Positions 11,283 to 25,020 are shown, counted from the stretch's first letter. The stretch is DNA of 51,289 bases from Nemertoderma westbladi (GCA_032718475.1 JAUCBJ010000559.1:1-51289), one strand, 5' to 3'. The notes: a model not told the origin generated them from the letters alone. Made by a program: numbers and translations.

Positions 11283-14198
11283 CGTTGGTTCCATTGTAGG
11301 TAGGTTATGGGTTCGAATCCCTGTCGGGAATTTGCATTTTTGGGCTATTAATTTTCGATTTGATTAAAATAGATTGGCCAATTCGAGGTGCGTACAACAC
11401 GTGGAATGATGAGTTGGGCCAATCATAGGGCATCGAACATCTTATTGCTCCAATGTGAGGCCATGGAATGTCCTGGAATGTTCTAGTGGATTCTATGTCC
11501 CAGATTTGCTATACTTTTTTTTTTTTAATAACTACACCCCAGTCGGGGTAAAATGACTGTATATTAATTAATTTTAATTAAATACCATAATAATATTATA
11601 TACACCGAAATAACATGGTAATTATTGAAGTCGATACAGTACAGTTTAGTTAGGCCTTATATTGATTTATTATGGTTGTGCTAAGGTTGATAAGGGTGGA
11701 TTTCGCAAGGGCGGTCGATACAGCAAAGACGACAAATTCACATATGGAAATAATATAGTCAAACTCGAGAATAAATACGAATACCTAGGAATTACGCTTC
11801 AGCCTTCATTATCATTCACACAGCATATTCAATTAAAGAAAATAAAGGCATTTGGAATTATTGGCTCAATACAGCACCTCCGTTTATTATCAATTGACAC
11901 TGCCATCAAAATTTTTAATACTAAAATAGACCCTTTGGTAACATACGCGTTCACAGAAATCGGTCCTTATTTTACACTGGCACATTTAAAAGAAGTAGAT
12001 AAAATAAAATCAGCATTCGCTAAATCAATGCTGGCCTTACACAAATCCGTATCTTCCACTATGGCACTAAAGCTTATTGATCAACAAGTTTGTCGAGTGC
12101 ATTCTAGAACGCAACCCAAATACCTTCAATCGAAACGCAATCTCATTATACAGAGTACACTGAGAGGAACGCGAATTAAATTTCATCCAAGAAGGTTTTA
12201 TAAACGGGCCCGCTTTCACCTCGGACATATGGAAACGCCAAAACCAGAAAAACCGACACGTTGTAACTCGGACAACTTCCCATGGTTTTCATTTTAAACT
12301 CTGCACCGATCAAACTCCTTTTCACCCACTGTCACAGAACTGCGTCTGCCGATTCTGCCAGCACTCATGCTCGGACCGCTATCACTGTCTTTCATGTACA
12401 CTTTGTCCACCCTTATCAACCTTAGCACAACCATAATAAATCAATATAAGATTTGCTATATAAGGGCCGGTTTGCCTTCGGTTATCACTTATTATCACTA
12501 ACTACTAATATCCTTGCAGAATACAATTTACTTTACTTGCTTATTCAATCTTATGTTTATTTGTAAAGTTTAGTTTCGATAAGTCTCTTTGTAAATTACA
12601 TAAATATACTGTAAACTCTTGAACATTGTATATTTTACTTTGTCTACCTTTGGGACAGCCAAACATTTGGGAGATGGCTGCCTAAGCCGTTAGGCCGTCA
12701 GCAACGCAGGGAAAGATGTCCACAACATGCTAAGCGCCCACACTAGATTCGCCCGCGCGCCCGTTCGAAGCATGCCCAATGCCATACAGCGCCCCCGTCA
12801 GAGGAAGGTAAGACTTTGTTTGACGCCCTTGCCCGCAGTAAGACCTATAGATCAGGGTAAGCGTGACGCCATCCTGGGACGCCGTAAAATTTAGGTTCAA
12901 ATATTTTAGACTTAGACAGGAGCAAACAAGCAAAATCCCCGGATTAACCTGTATCTCCTACAGGTGTGAACTATTGCTGTTCGTTAGTACGCGCAAGTAC
13001 ACTTTAGGTGCAGATAGCATATGTTTTATAATTTGGTGATTTGTATTACTGACAGCTCTGTACCAGTTCACTTTGTAGTTTATACTTTTGCCTGCCCCTC
13101 TCTGAGCGCGAAATATTTGATCAGGCAAGGAGCAGCTTTCTGCTACCGGCACATGCTTGGCCTAGGGAGGTTACTAATATCCTACCGCGCCTTGCCATGT
13201 ACTGATAGGTATTTATTTACTGCTAACCACCGCAGTAACAAAGTTTTAGAATCAAATTAGTACCAGATCAGCTACGTACGGTAGTAATTAACACCTATTA
13301 TCTTATCTTACAACCAGAATCTGGTATTTGTGCTGATCACAGGTGTAGTTACTAACACCGTAATTGCCCGGTTGAGTTGTGGATAGGAAGGATAGAGCTT
13401 TGATGTCATTTTGTAAGTATTACGCCCTAGGGAGCGCGACTAGCTTATTTTAGTAGCTAGCGCCCAGTATTGTTTTTGATTAAAATCACTAAAACCTAGT
13501 ACAGCGGCAATACACCAAAATTGTTTTATTCGTAATACACACACACACACATCCTAAAACATATATACCCCCTTTTGAGACCTACTAGTTATAGCTTACT
13601 TTAGGTTACCTTTCAATAGGATTTATTCTGCAGTTCTACCATTCGTATTTGTAATTTTAGGAGATATTTAGTATTTAGTTTTACGGCAAGTATTTTAGAT
13701 GGCATGCACCCTTTTGACTGCTTTGCCCCTATCAGCAGTATCGTTACTTTAGCTACTACCCCCATTTGACTGCTACCGCTTGTTAGTAGTATTGTTACGC
13801 TAGTCTGTTAATCCACTAGCTCGTATATAAACCATATAAATCACACCGTGGCAAGTTTACGGTATTTAGGTCCGTTAGCAATAGTTAGGATTCGCTGCGC
13901 AGGGGATTGTTTTCCCGTGAGTTTGGTCTGTCACCGTAGACTGTACATCTGCCTCACCGGTTAGAGGCCGGGTATCCTGTTTTGTCTTGTTTGCCCGGGC
14001 ATTTGACTCGCCCACGTATTAGAATAGACACCAGGCTCCGTTCCTCGCCAGTAGTAGTTTGCATATTTAGTATCTGTTTATTTAGACACCCTGGACTGGG
14101 ATTTATTGTCAGATACTGTACGAGCCCGTATACACTACTAGATCTTACAGTAAGATACATCGTTACTAGGATCCGGTAAGCGGTATACTACTGGACTT
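11134..14198 (+). mobile_element. LTR-like unit X, copy B (putative LTR 11134-12665 including the LINE insert, then non-coding internal sequence)
   Basis: TGTT start, TATA-like GCTATATAAGG, AACA end followed by TTTGG; no partner 3' LTR or coding motifs seen. Confidence 0.5.
11514..12448. mobile_element. Second copy of the 5'-inverted LINE insertion
   Basis: TSD AGATTTGCTATA at 11502-11513 and 12449-12460; same structure as 7546-8479 with an extra frameshift. Confidence 0.88.
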
Positions 14199-14285
14199 CT
14201 CAGTAGGAGATATATATATAAATATATTATTAGCTTCTTATTATTACTTCTTACTATTACTAGATTATTATTATATTATTATTAT

Positions 14286-14854
14286 TGTAAAAGTATGAGA
14301 TATTTACAATTTAAAATTAGTAAAGTTAGTAATTTGTAGAACGTCCCCTGCCAGTAGGCCTTTAGGGTAGTTTTATTCGTATTTGGCTAGCTATAAATAG
14401 TTAGTTAGTTTGTAATTATTTGTTTTACGCCGTGTGTGTGCGGTGTTATTTTTCGGTACTTGAAAAGGTACATAGGGTTTAAAGACCAATTTGTATCGGT
14501 ACCTAGGAAGATTTTTCGTAGAGTAGAAGTAAAACTCTCACCTTCGACTTTTCAGGACTCAAGGACTCATTTCTGGACCGCTTCGAGGGATTAGACCGCT
14601 TTTCACAAAGTTTGGGAGACACAAAATTCGTCCGCGATGCCGAAAACGGAACAACCCACGTCTGGTTTGTATCTGGGAATTTGTACGACTGGAGGATCAA
14701 AGGAGCATAAGTTTTACGACTCGTGTCATTCAAACTTAAGAGCACAGTAGTACTCAAAATTTGTGGGTTCCACTGTCTAATTAGTGTGTTGTTGGTACTT
14801 ATTTTCCCATTAGACGTTGCTGTTTTGCCTATTATTTGTACTTGTTGATCTACA
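14286..14854 (+). repeat. Possible 5' LTR of the BEL/Pao element
   Basis: TGT...ACA bounds, CTATAAATAG at about 14391, followed by TTT-TGGTAGC (weak PBS-like); no second LTR to confirm. Confidence 0.35.
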
Positions 14855-16179
14855 TTTTGGTAGCGTATACCGTTATCTTACTTATTCATACAGATTTAGC
14901 TGGTAGGCTAGATTATTATTATTTTATTATATACTTTTGAATTATTTGTACCGGTTAGGGTATATATATAGTATATATATATATACCAAGGTAAGTTTGA
15001 CATTTTGACATTTCGACATTCTGACACTTTGACATTTATTACCCGTACTTGACGTATATAATAGACATGAGTGATACTCCACATTCGACTCGATACCCAC
15101 CTACGGAAGGCTCGCGAGCCTACCAAATTCCACAACTGGATAAATTGTTTGTTAGTGTATGGAGCGACGTTGGTGACGTTAGTAGGACAGCGTCTGTAAT
15201 TACTCGACAACAACAGGAGGTCGCACGCCAACAACAAGTCGCTGAGGAAGAAACGCAATGGCAGTTGGCACAGATTGCGGCTGAAGGAGAAAGACAGCGT
15301 AGAAACGATGTAGTGAACTTTGCGAAATTCCAGGCTCAAGCCGAATTTGAAGCATCAAAAATGCGGAGACTGGAGGAGGACTTAGCGCGAGAAGCGGCCG
15401 CAGCGGCAGCAGCCGACGAGCTAGCACAACAGGCGGCAGCTGACGAGTTAGCACGAGTTGCGGCAGTAAACGCAGCTGAGTTAGCACGGAAGAAAGCAGC
15501 ATCTGACGCTCGTGCCAAGTTGGAGGCGTGACAAATAAACGCTCATTTAGCTATACAGGAAGCAGAGTTAGCGGCACAACAACAGGTGGCCGATCGATAC
15601 GAAAGGAAGATGCAGCTCCAGTTCGAACTAAATCACAGATCGTGCGAGGTGGCGAATGTGTAAGAGGACCTCGAACTCGACGCGAGAGATAGATCTATAA
15701 GGTCTTGAGCTGGACATGACTTGTCTGCCCTGGATCGCATGGAGACTCGATATCGCGGAATTCAGAAGCGAATCGAGGAAGGAAGTGTGGGAGCGATAAA
15801 TCGAGGAGAGGAGTTTGTTGAGGATTACTGTCAACGTTTTCCCCAAGTTATTCATATGCTCAAACCCACGACTCCAGTAAAACCGGTCATAGTTGCAAAA
15901 CCAAAGGAAATATCACCCGTGCAAGGTAATAGGTTTGTTATGTCGGAATCAATTCCGCAGCCACGAGTGACTTCATCGCCGATTCTCGCAGGTAAGATAA
16001 GTAGTCCACCTACTGTAAGCCGTAGTTTACTTGTAGAGAGAGACGAACCTGCATTTATGACGGTAAAACAGGTGAGTAAACCATTACAAGTTAAACCTGT
16101 GACCTGCTGTGTGAACCCAGTCATTTATAAACCTACAGTAGCGATTAACTCTGATGTTTTTACTAGACCCCTCACCCAA

Positions 16180-16430
16180 TGTTTATCGAGACATACGACT
16201 TCGTGGAAGGCTTGCGAGCCTACCGAACAACGAAGGACGACGGATGTAGGTAGTACCCACAGGATCAAACCGAGTTTATCGAGACCTACGACTTCGTGGA
16301 AGGCTTGCGAGCCTACGGAACAACGAAGGACGACGGATGTGGGTAGTACCCACAGGATCGAACCGAGTTTATCGCGACCTACAACTTCGTGGAAGGCTTG
16401 CAAGCCTACCGAACAATGGAGAGCCGTAGA
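16180..16430 (+). repeat. 93-bp tandem repeat (about 2.7 copies) in BEL gag
   Basis: Encodes TTSWKACEPTEQRRTTDVGSTHRI(K/E)PSLSRP. Confidence 0.9.
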
Positions 16431-19400
16431 TCCCAGACCACAATGAACTCGACCAAGAGTAATACGCCAAACGCGAACCCGCCAACCACCGTATCCCGAC
16501 GACAGCGATTCATCCAGCGATACGGAGTCGACGGAATGGGAAATATTCCGTACTGGAGCGGCGGCTGATTATCAACAAGAGGAGAGATTGACGAATCCAT
16601 ACATCGACAATCCTCCATGAGAAACACCCCTGCAGAAACCCACATTGCAACCAGCGGAAGCGATTAGCGCCAAACAGTTCACTGAAATGGCAGACCGACT
16701 AGCTCAACTTGTAGAGCGACTCGAAGCGCAACCATCGGATCGATCACGAAGCAGCATGGAGTTGGAACAACCTAGAACACGTCGACCACCATGGAGAGAA
16801 CAGGAGACTAGACAGACTCCGAACCATCAAGAAGACGATCCCGTTAATCTTTCCTACCGACAAACAACGTGCGGACGGGACTGACTGGACGCCGTAACCG
16901 AACAGGGATGCGGACAGTTAGACTTAGTTAATGAGATTGTTAAGTTCGCAGCTAGACACGGATTGCCGGCACAACAACTGCCGAAGTTCTCTGGCAATGC
17001 AAAGCACTGGCATACGCTGGTAGACTATGTGGAGTCCAGATCGCTAAGTGTGCCTTCACCTCGATGGAGAAGTTTAATTACTTGCTCCAAGTTCTGTCTG
17101 GTTAGCCGAAACGATTAGCGGAGACCTTTATTGGTGTTCCGTATGCCTTTGAGCCAGCGTACGACTGCTTGTTTTCCATTTACGGAGGCAACGTGGCCAT
17201 GGCTAAATCTATCATTGAAGACCTCTGTAGAGGAGGAAGCATTTCGAAACCGATAGATCTTCTACGACTCGCGGACGAAATCAAAAACGCTATAGGGACT
17301 TTACGGTCCATCGGACAACTCGAATACGCCAACACACCGACAGTTCTAATCAGAATAATCGGTAGACTGCACCATCGGTTACGACGAGAATGGCGATGGA
17401 TTGAGTATCAGCGTGAAGAGGCCAGCGGGCTATTAAAGCTTAACGATGTCTATCAATTGATTTCGCGAGAGGCCGTTGTTGAGACCCGATCAAACTACAC
17501 TGACCACCATATAGCGGCAGAAGGAATAGCGATTGCTGCGCCGAATCGAACCAAACCATTTCCGACGAATGCGAAAGCCATGACTTATGCCACCCCAACG
17601 AACACTTCTAAAGTTCTAATGCCTATCGGTACCAAACAGCCACAACAACAGTTGCTGGCGGATTTTGTGGGATGCCCATATTGCGAACGGAACGGCAGAA
17701 ACCAAAGCGGACATAAACTACATGGATGTTGCGCCTTTAGAGAGTTGGGAGTTGAAGAGAGAAGACTCCAAATTCGCCCGTTGTATTCTTGTTGGAGATG
17801 TACCATGCCTGGACACGTCCGGAAGAACTGCCCAAACGATGACACATGTCCTCTATGTAGACATAACCACGACGCGTTACTCCACACAAATAGTCATACT
17901 CCGACCAAACGCTTTCGACGAGAGCATCCCGATAAAGCGGCTAGATGCGACGCGCTTTATAACGGGCACGCACCGCGCAAAATCCGTACGTTCTATACCA
18001 ACTGTATGGATCAATCAGGATCATCGGACGAGGAAGAGGAGGAAGATGACACCTTTTACGTGCATGCGGGGGAGGAAAAACCATCCATAACACTCCTCAC
18101 ACAGAACCAATTGAAAGGGTTCAGCGTGATTCCTATAAAGATTACCAGAACCCGAGGGAGCAAGCGTATATACTCTATCCTAGACTCTGCATCGTCACAT
18201 AGTTACGTCGATGAACAAGTAGCCGACGTAGTTACTGACATGAGTAAAGGTAAGACTGCTCAGTATACTGTAAGCAGCATGCATGGTAAGAGAGCGATTC
18301 CAGTGACGAGAGTTAAATTAACCTTAGACACTCTTCTTTCCAAAGCAGAACACAGCAAGGAGGAGCGCTCATTACTTCCGGTAAGAAATTTGACCATTGC
18401 AGCTACGAAGGACTTTAGCAACCTGCTCAGCCCTATGCCAGAGCAATCACCGGAAGATTGTAAGTATTTCCGACATCTTGGAATACCGGAATGTCCTGTT
18501 AACTATCGCTCAATCGCAATGTTGATTGGGACAGACCAGTTTAACTTACATCAGGTATGGGAGACACGCCCATCTGTTATTACAGCGGGCAACCCCTACG
18601 CATGTAGAACTCCCATAGGTTGGTATACTAGAGCACCAGTACGTTCACTAGAGGTAAGTGACCAGGAGGACAACGTTTTGAGTACGTGTAGTTTATTGAC
18701 TAACACGATAGATGATTCTCCTTCACACTACTGTGGTCCAATTGTACAGACTGCACTACGACAGACTTGCGTCGCTAACGCAGATGCCACCGATACTGAC
18801 GTAACTGATCTGGACACGACCACATGGACCTCTGACTTACAACTACTTGCAGTAAACCAGGTTGTATTGACTACCGAAGACCAAAGGGTTGTTGCTGTGG
18901 ATGACTCGATGAACAAGGGTTTTGGAAGACTTGCGAGCCCACCGAAAAATCCGAAGGTCATTGACCCCACCCACCAGGCTTCGACACCGGTCGTTGATCT
19001 TGGAAGGCTTGCGAGCCTATCGACAGATCAAGAAGTTGTCAAACCGCCGCACGACGATTCGACACCGACTAGTGACACCGGAAGGCTTGCGAGCCTACCA
19101 GACACATTGACACTAGCCACCGCAGCGGACGAAGACGTGGACAAGGACCATGGCGCAGTGCAAGCAGCGCTTGACCGACTGCTGACTGAACGGACCATTC
19201 GATGGTTGGAACAGTACTCAGCAGAACCCGGTAGTTACGAGACCGCTATGTCAGAACAGGAAAAACGGTCATTAAATATTATGAGAGATACCATTCGCCA
19301 GACCGCGAATGGCCACTACAAAGTTGGCATGTTGTGGCGCCATGGACAACCTAAGCTCGTTAACAACTACCCGCTTGCTTTGAGGCTACTCAAATCAATA

Positions 19401-21079
19401 CGGCAGCGATTGTTGCGCGATGAGACGGCCCATATGCAATACAATGCGCAACTTCAGACGTATCTCCAAAAGGGATACGCCATTAGGATGTTAAATCCCG
19501 AGGTAACCACAGATCAAACATATTACCTGCCACATCATTTTGTTCGACACCCGGACAAACCTGGCAAGGTGCGTGTAGTCAACGACTGTGCTGCGCTTTA
19601 CCAAGGGATGTCTATGAACAGCAAACTGATGGACGGGCCGAATATGAATAATTACCTCATGGGAGTCCTAATGTGTTTTAGACAACGCAAAGTGGCTTTC
19701 ACCTGTGATGTAGAGGCCATGTTTCACCAGGTTAAGTCTTTGGAGTGGGACTGGGACAGTTTAAGGTTTCTTTGGTACCCGGACGGAAATTTAGAACTTC
19801 TGCCAGAAACTTACCAAATGCAGGTAAGAGTCTTCGGGGCCAGCGATAGCCCTAACTGCACCATGTACGCCTTAAAGCAAACAGCATTGGACAGACGAGA
19901 CCAATTCGACCCAGAAGTAGCTCGGACAGTGGAATGAGATTTCTATGTGGATGACGACCTCAAGAGTTGTGACACTCTGGAGCATGCTACGACCGTAGCG
20001 CACCAACTCCAAGATTGTCTCGCCGAGGGCGGATTTCACCTCACGAAATTCGCTTCCAATGAACCCAAACTAGTAAACTCATTCGACCAAACAGATCGCA
20101 GTGGTGGTGACTTGGACTTAGACCTAGAACCTACGACCAAGGTATTAGGACTTCATTGGGACCCGAACACCGATAACTTTAGGGTGCGCGTAAGGTCCAA
20201 CGTACAGACTAGACCTCTCACTAAGAGGACTTGCTTATCAACCATGAGTCGATTGTATGACCCATTGTGTTCCATTAGTCCAGTGATCCTACACGCTAGG
20301 ATCATACTCCGCAGCATCTGGCAAGCCAGACTGGAATGGGATGATCCCATCCCAGAAAAGTTAGCTCAGTAATGGAGGGACTGGGAAGCCCAACTGACAT
20401 TCCTACAGGACTATACGATCCCAAGGGTATACTTTCCTTTGCAGACCACCTTTCCTGCCTACTTGGAGCTCCACAGCTTCAGTGACGCTAGTAAGGATGG
20501 ACTGGGGGTTACTCTATACCTTAGATGACAAGTGACTTCGGACAGCTACGATGTGTCTCTCATTACTTCTAGGGCTAAAACAATGCCATTGAAGTATATG
20601 TCTGTACCTCGTGGAGAGCTACAAGCCGGGATGATATCCACCGATATTGTCAGTCTAGTTCAACGCGAACTGGAGGCTAACTTGAAGGCCACATATTGGA
20701 CTGATACGACGTTAGTACTTTGGTACATAAACAACGAAACATTCAAGTTCAAGACTTTCATAGCCAACAGACAGGCTGAAATACTGGACCGGTCGCTCAA
20801 ATAAGATTGGTCACTGTCCAGGGAAACTGAACCCAGCTGATATCGCGTCACAGGGGATGTTGCCTATTGACTTTTGTAATCCGGACAATAAATCCTTTTG
20901 GTTTAGAGGACCTGACTTCCTACAACGACTATCGGACGAATGGCCGCCGTAATTTGAAGCGACAACTAACACCATACCGGAGGGTGCCGAGATAAAAATC
21001 GACACTGTTGTTAAGTCCAAAGCGAAAGCCAATGCCAAGGTCAAGAGGAAACAAGGATGGACAAAATCTGATGACCTGG

Positions 21080-21510
21080 ACATATGACCTGACATTACGC
21101 CAGACGTCTCACCAGACACTAGACCAGACGTACTAACGAAATTTTTGCCGGAAGTCCCACAGGAAATTTCACCAGACGTTTTGCCATATTGTTCACCAGA
21201 TGTCTCGCCAGATTATTCGCCAGAAGCGATACCAGAGTGTTTTCTGGATTATTCGCCAGTTGGCTTAATGGAGCTCTCGACAGATTGTCTACCGGACGTC
21301 TCACCAGACTTTCCACCAGACATCTCAACAGACTGTCCACTAGACTTTAGACCAGACATTCTGACAGAAGCTATGCCAGACTTCTTCTGGGACAGACGAC
21401 AGGACATTTCGCCGGAAGTTCCGCGATATGTCTCACCAGACGTCTCACCAGACTGTTCGCCAGATGCCTCACCAGACTGTCTTCCAGACTTTCCACTAGA
21501 CGACCCATTG
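21080..21510 (+). repeat. Degenerate 12-bp repeat (CCAGACGTCTCA-like; PDVS/PDCS) between RNase H and integrase
   Basis: PD dipeptide every 4 residues in ORF 21145-22053. Confidence 0.85.
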
Positions 21511-23262
21511 GAAATTAACGACGTGTGCTATAAGGCCACAATGAATCCATTGGAGCGGACTAGTACACACCTACTAGGTATTAACAACTTACCTATTTTG
21601 ACTTCCTTGGACAACGAAGGTGTGGCAATAGCGGTCACACTCCGCTCAAGGAAAATACTTGGCTTACAGCCTACAGGTAAACGTGTGACTAAGATTAGGG
21701 GGCCTACAAGCCCACAGGAACACACTGATACCGTAGAGTTGAAACCATTACTACCAGTCGATTCACTGAGTGCGGAAGGTAAAGGTAAGACTGTGGAGAT
21801 TGAAATACTTGAGGACTCAGACAAACCTATTGTACAAAAGGAGACACTCACCGGAAGGCCCGTGGGCCTACCAAGTCCGAACAATTTCCCACTCTTTGAC
21901 TATACCGTACCTGATGACGTCACTAACACTTACGTTGACAGGATAGTTAACCTAACTAGATCATGGACTGACGCGTGCCGCAAGTTAACATGGCTCAAAC
22001 GTTTGAGACAATATGCCAGAGGCAAACGCGACTTTCCTGGCTTCCTTGGATGAAGTTGGTCTTTGTAAAGTTGATATTATTAAAAATTATCAATTGCGAT
22101 ATTTCGCACGAGAATTCACAGCGATCAATCAGGGTAAACAGGTCAAGTCTTCACTGATCTTGAGTTGGAGTCCGATAATAATTTATAGGGGCTTACTTTG
22201 TCACAAGTCCAGACTCCAAAACATTGACTTCACACTTGATTTTAGGTATCCTATCATCATACCGCAACACCATGAGTTACAGCGCGCTATGATACTGGAC
22301 GCACATGTACGACTCAAAGACGTGGGTAGGCATCACTGTCTGTCACACTTACGCTCGAGGTTTGTACTGATTAGGCATAGCAAGGCATTGAGTTCGGTAA
22401 CACGGAACTGTATGATTTGTAAGAAGGTGCACGCGAGGATAGGACACCAAGAGATGAGTGAACTACCTTTAGCAAGATTACAGGCTTTTAGACCCCCTTT
22501 CACTGAGACAGGGATAGACTGTTTTGGACCTATAATCGCAAAAAGCGGAAGGGTACAGGTAAAACGCTGGGGATTGATCTTCACTTGCATGGCCAGCAGA
22601 GCTGTCCATATAGAGCGTGTGACAGATTTGACCACCAATGCCTTTATCCTAGCCTTACGGCGATTTATCGCTAGACGTGGATTGGTCAAATCCATTTATT
22701 GTGACCAAGGGACTAACTTTGTGGGTGTACGGAATGAAATCACCAGAGCCTTAAGAGGTTGGACCAAAACCAGATTTCCGATGAACTACGTCCTCACAAC
22801 ATTGTCTGGAGCTTTAACACTTCTGACAGTCCATGGAGAGGCGGCGTTTGGGAAAGACTGATTGGGTCAATTAAGACGGCTATGGCGAAAGTAATACCGA
22901 CGCAACGCATCTTGACAGACGACCAACTTCCGATGTTGTTAATAGAAATCGAAGCGGTTTTGAATACTCGACCGATGTTTTGATCCCAGACAACAACGAC
23001 TCACAGTTTGCCTTGACACCAGCGTACCTGCTTATGCAGGCGCCGACGACATTGTTGCCCACTTCGGTACCTGTCGATAGCGACGGATACGGCAACAAGG
23101 CTTGGAAAATCACTCAATTGCTTGCAAATAAATTCTGGGAAATATGGCAGAAATATTATTTGCCCTCTATTTCGACCAGAACCTCTTGGTATCTTAATAC
23201 CCGATGTTTGAGACGAGGTGACCATGTTTTATTGGCTGAAACCAATTTGAAACGACGGTTTT

Positions 23263-23445
23263 ATTTATTTATTTATTCCAGACATCAGTAAAATTAAATA
23301 CATAATACAGACGTCCATATAGCACAGTAAAACAATAAATTGTATTATTATAATTAAATCAACGTATGTAATGTATGGTAGGGTATAGGGTAGGCTTACT
23401 ATGTAAGCATCGAGTAAAAAAAATATATTGCATTGTATATAAAAT
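23263..23445 (-). mobile_element. 183-bp AT-rich insertion (probable retroposon 3' end) in the integrase C-terminus
   Basis: GTTTT on both sides (23258-23262, 23446-23450), (TTTA)n tail; removal restores ETNLKRRF-WLTGVI. Confidence 0.7.
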
Positions 23446-24087
23446 GTTTTGGCTGACTGGAGTCATTTTGACCACGCACCCTACATCTGGTGTAATAAGG
23501 ACAGTTACTGTAAGGACTATCGACGGTCATACCGTAGACAGACCTGTACAACGTCTCGTACTCCTTGAGGAGACTAGAAACGAGACAGGAGACTACAAAT
23601 CTCCACCCAATATTAGTAAATAGATGTGGGACCCTTGATGGTCGCCACATAGCATTACTGTATTTTAGCGATTTTGGTATTTTGTATTACTGTATGTACA
23701 TTTGTATTCCTCTTCACTGTAGATAAAGGCAGCGGTGGAATTCCATTGTCTTTATATGTGAACATGGAGGGTAGTACCCTTATGTATCACATAGGAGCGG
23801 GATTGTGTGTACAGTAGAAATGGAATTCCACTTGGAACCCACAAGTGAGACAATTTTTCAAAAATTATTAGACAAATCCATTTATTTGGATTTAAATTTA
23901 GGAAAAACGATTCTCCAGTGGGTGCGAATTCTAGGATACACCTAGATAAAACATTAAAATTGAAGATTGAATTGAAGTATGAAATCACGCGAAACCCGAA
24001 ATCTTAGGCAAATGGGTAGGGGTTTTAGAGCAAAGTTGAGCCAAAAGCCAACAAAACTCTAAGTCTCCTCACATCTAACCTCTGTTT

Positions 24088-24501
24088 GTGCTTCCTCTAG
24101 TAGAAACACTATATACAGGGATTCACGCAGGAACAGGAGCACCAGGCACCATTCAACCGATATGGGGCCAAAACTTTAATGTGTTCGGAGTTGAGAGTAT
24201 GGCGAAAAGTACAGCCAAGCTCGCTAAGTCCAAGGCGGATCCAAATGTTACGCGACAGCGATTGGACGCTTATAACAAGAGAGCGGAGGAGTTACGCACG
24301 GAGTTCAATGCGTTGTACCCCTACGATGCATTATGCGATGCCAGCGATGTTTGCGAGGACCCGAGACACAGAGATACGATCTTTATAGACGCGCTCGAGG
24401 AGCGGATCCGGAAACTAAGGAAGCGTTCTCCATTTATAAACTGTTCTATAAATGTGGAGGATGTATGCGTGCGCAAGACAACATTAAAAATGGCATGGTA
24501 A
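24088..24501 (+). CDS. Unassigned 137-aa ORF, partly helical and charged
   Basis: GC-richer island with protein-like composition; no motif recognised, non-ATG start. Confidence 0.25.
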   Translation: MLPLVETLYTGIHAGTGAPGTIQPIWGQNFNVFGVESMAKSTAKLAKSKADPNVTRQRLDAYNKRAEELRTEFNALYPYDALCDASDVCEDPRHRDTIFIDALEERIRKLRKRSPFINCSINVEDVCVRKTTLKMAW

Positions 24502-25020
24502 ATGAAATCAGCAACTAGGAAAACCCCAATATCTGAAATTATAGTAAAGTGATGTGTTTACTTATATTTTATCTGTGACACCGACAGTAAGTCAGAAAGA
24601 CAGACAAACAGACAGACAGACAGATAGACATACAGACAATCCAGATGTCATCAAACATTAAAACATGTATTAGAAATGAAATCAGCGACTAGGAAGACCC
24701 CCATACCTGACATTTTATTCAGGTGACATGCCTCCTTATATTTTGACTGACAGACAGATAGACATAAAAACAGACCAACAGACATTCTAGGTTTAGTCAA
24801 ATATTAAAATTGACATTGGAAATGGAATCAGCGACTAGGAAAACCCCCATATCATAAATTATAGTAAAGTGGTGTGCTTACTTATTTATTGTCTGTGAGA
24901 TTGACACTCAGACAGACAGAATGACAGACAAACAGACAGACAGGCAGTCCAGATGTCATCAAACATTAAATCAGATATCAGAAATGAATTTAGCGACTAC
25001 GAAAAACCCTAAATCGTAAA
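24480..25020. repeat. Four degenerate units of about 160 bp with (CAGA)n microsatellite cores
   Basis: AATGAAATCAGCGACTAGGAAAACCCC-like motif at about 24501, 24675, 24822 and 24983. Confidence 0.8.

Larger units (their letters stand above)
15049..23623 (+). pseudogene. Decayed BEL/Pao gag-pol polyprotein (Gag-PR-RT-RNase H-IN order)
   Basis: LPKFSG at about 16978; three Gag knuckles (CPYC..H..C, CWRCTMPGHVRKNC, CPLCRHNHDALLH); protease ILDSAS; RT YYLPHH, DVEAMFHQV, FGASDSP, FYVDD; RNase H FSDAS, PRGEL, YWTD; integrase GIDCFGP, FTCMASRAVHIE, DQGTNFVG, GGVWERLI. Many stops and frameshifts; no 3' LTR. Confidence 0.95.
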
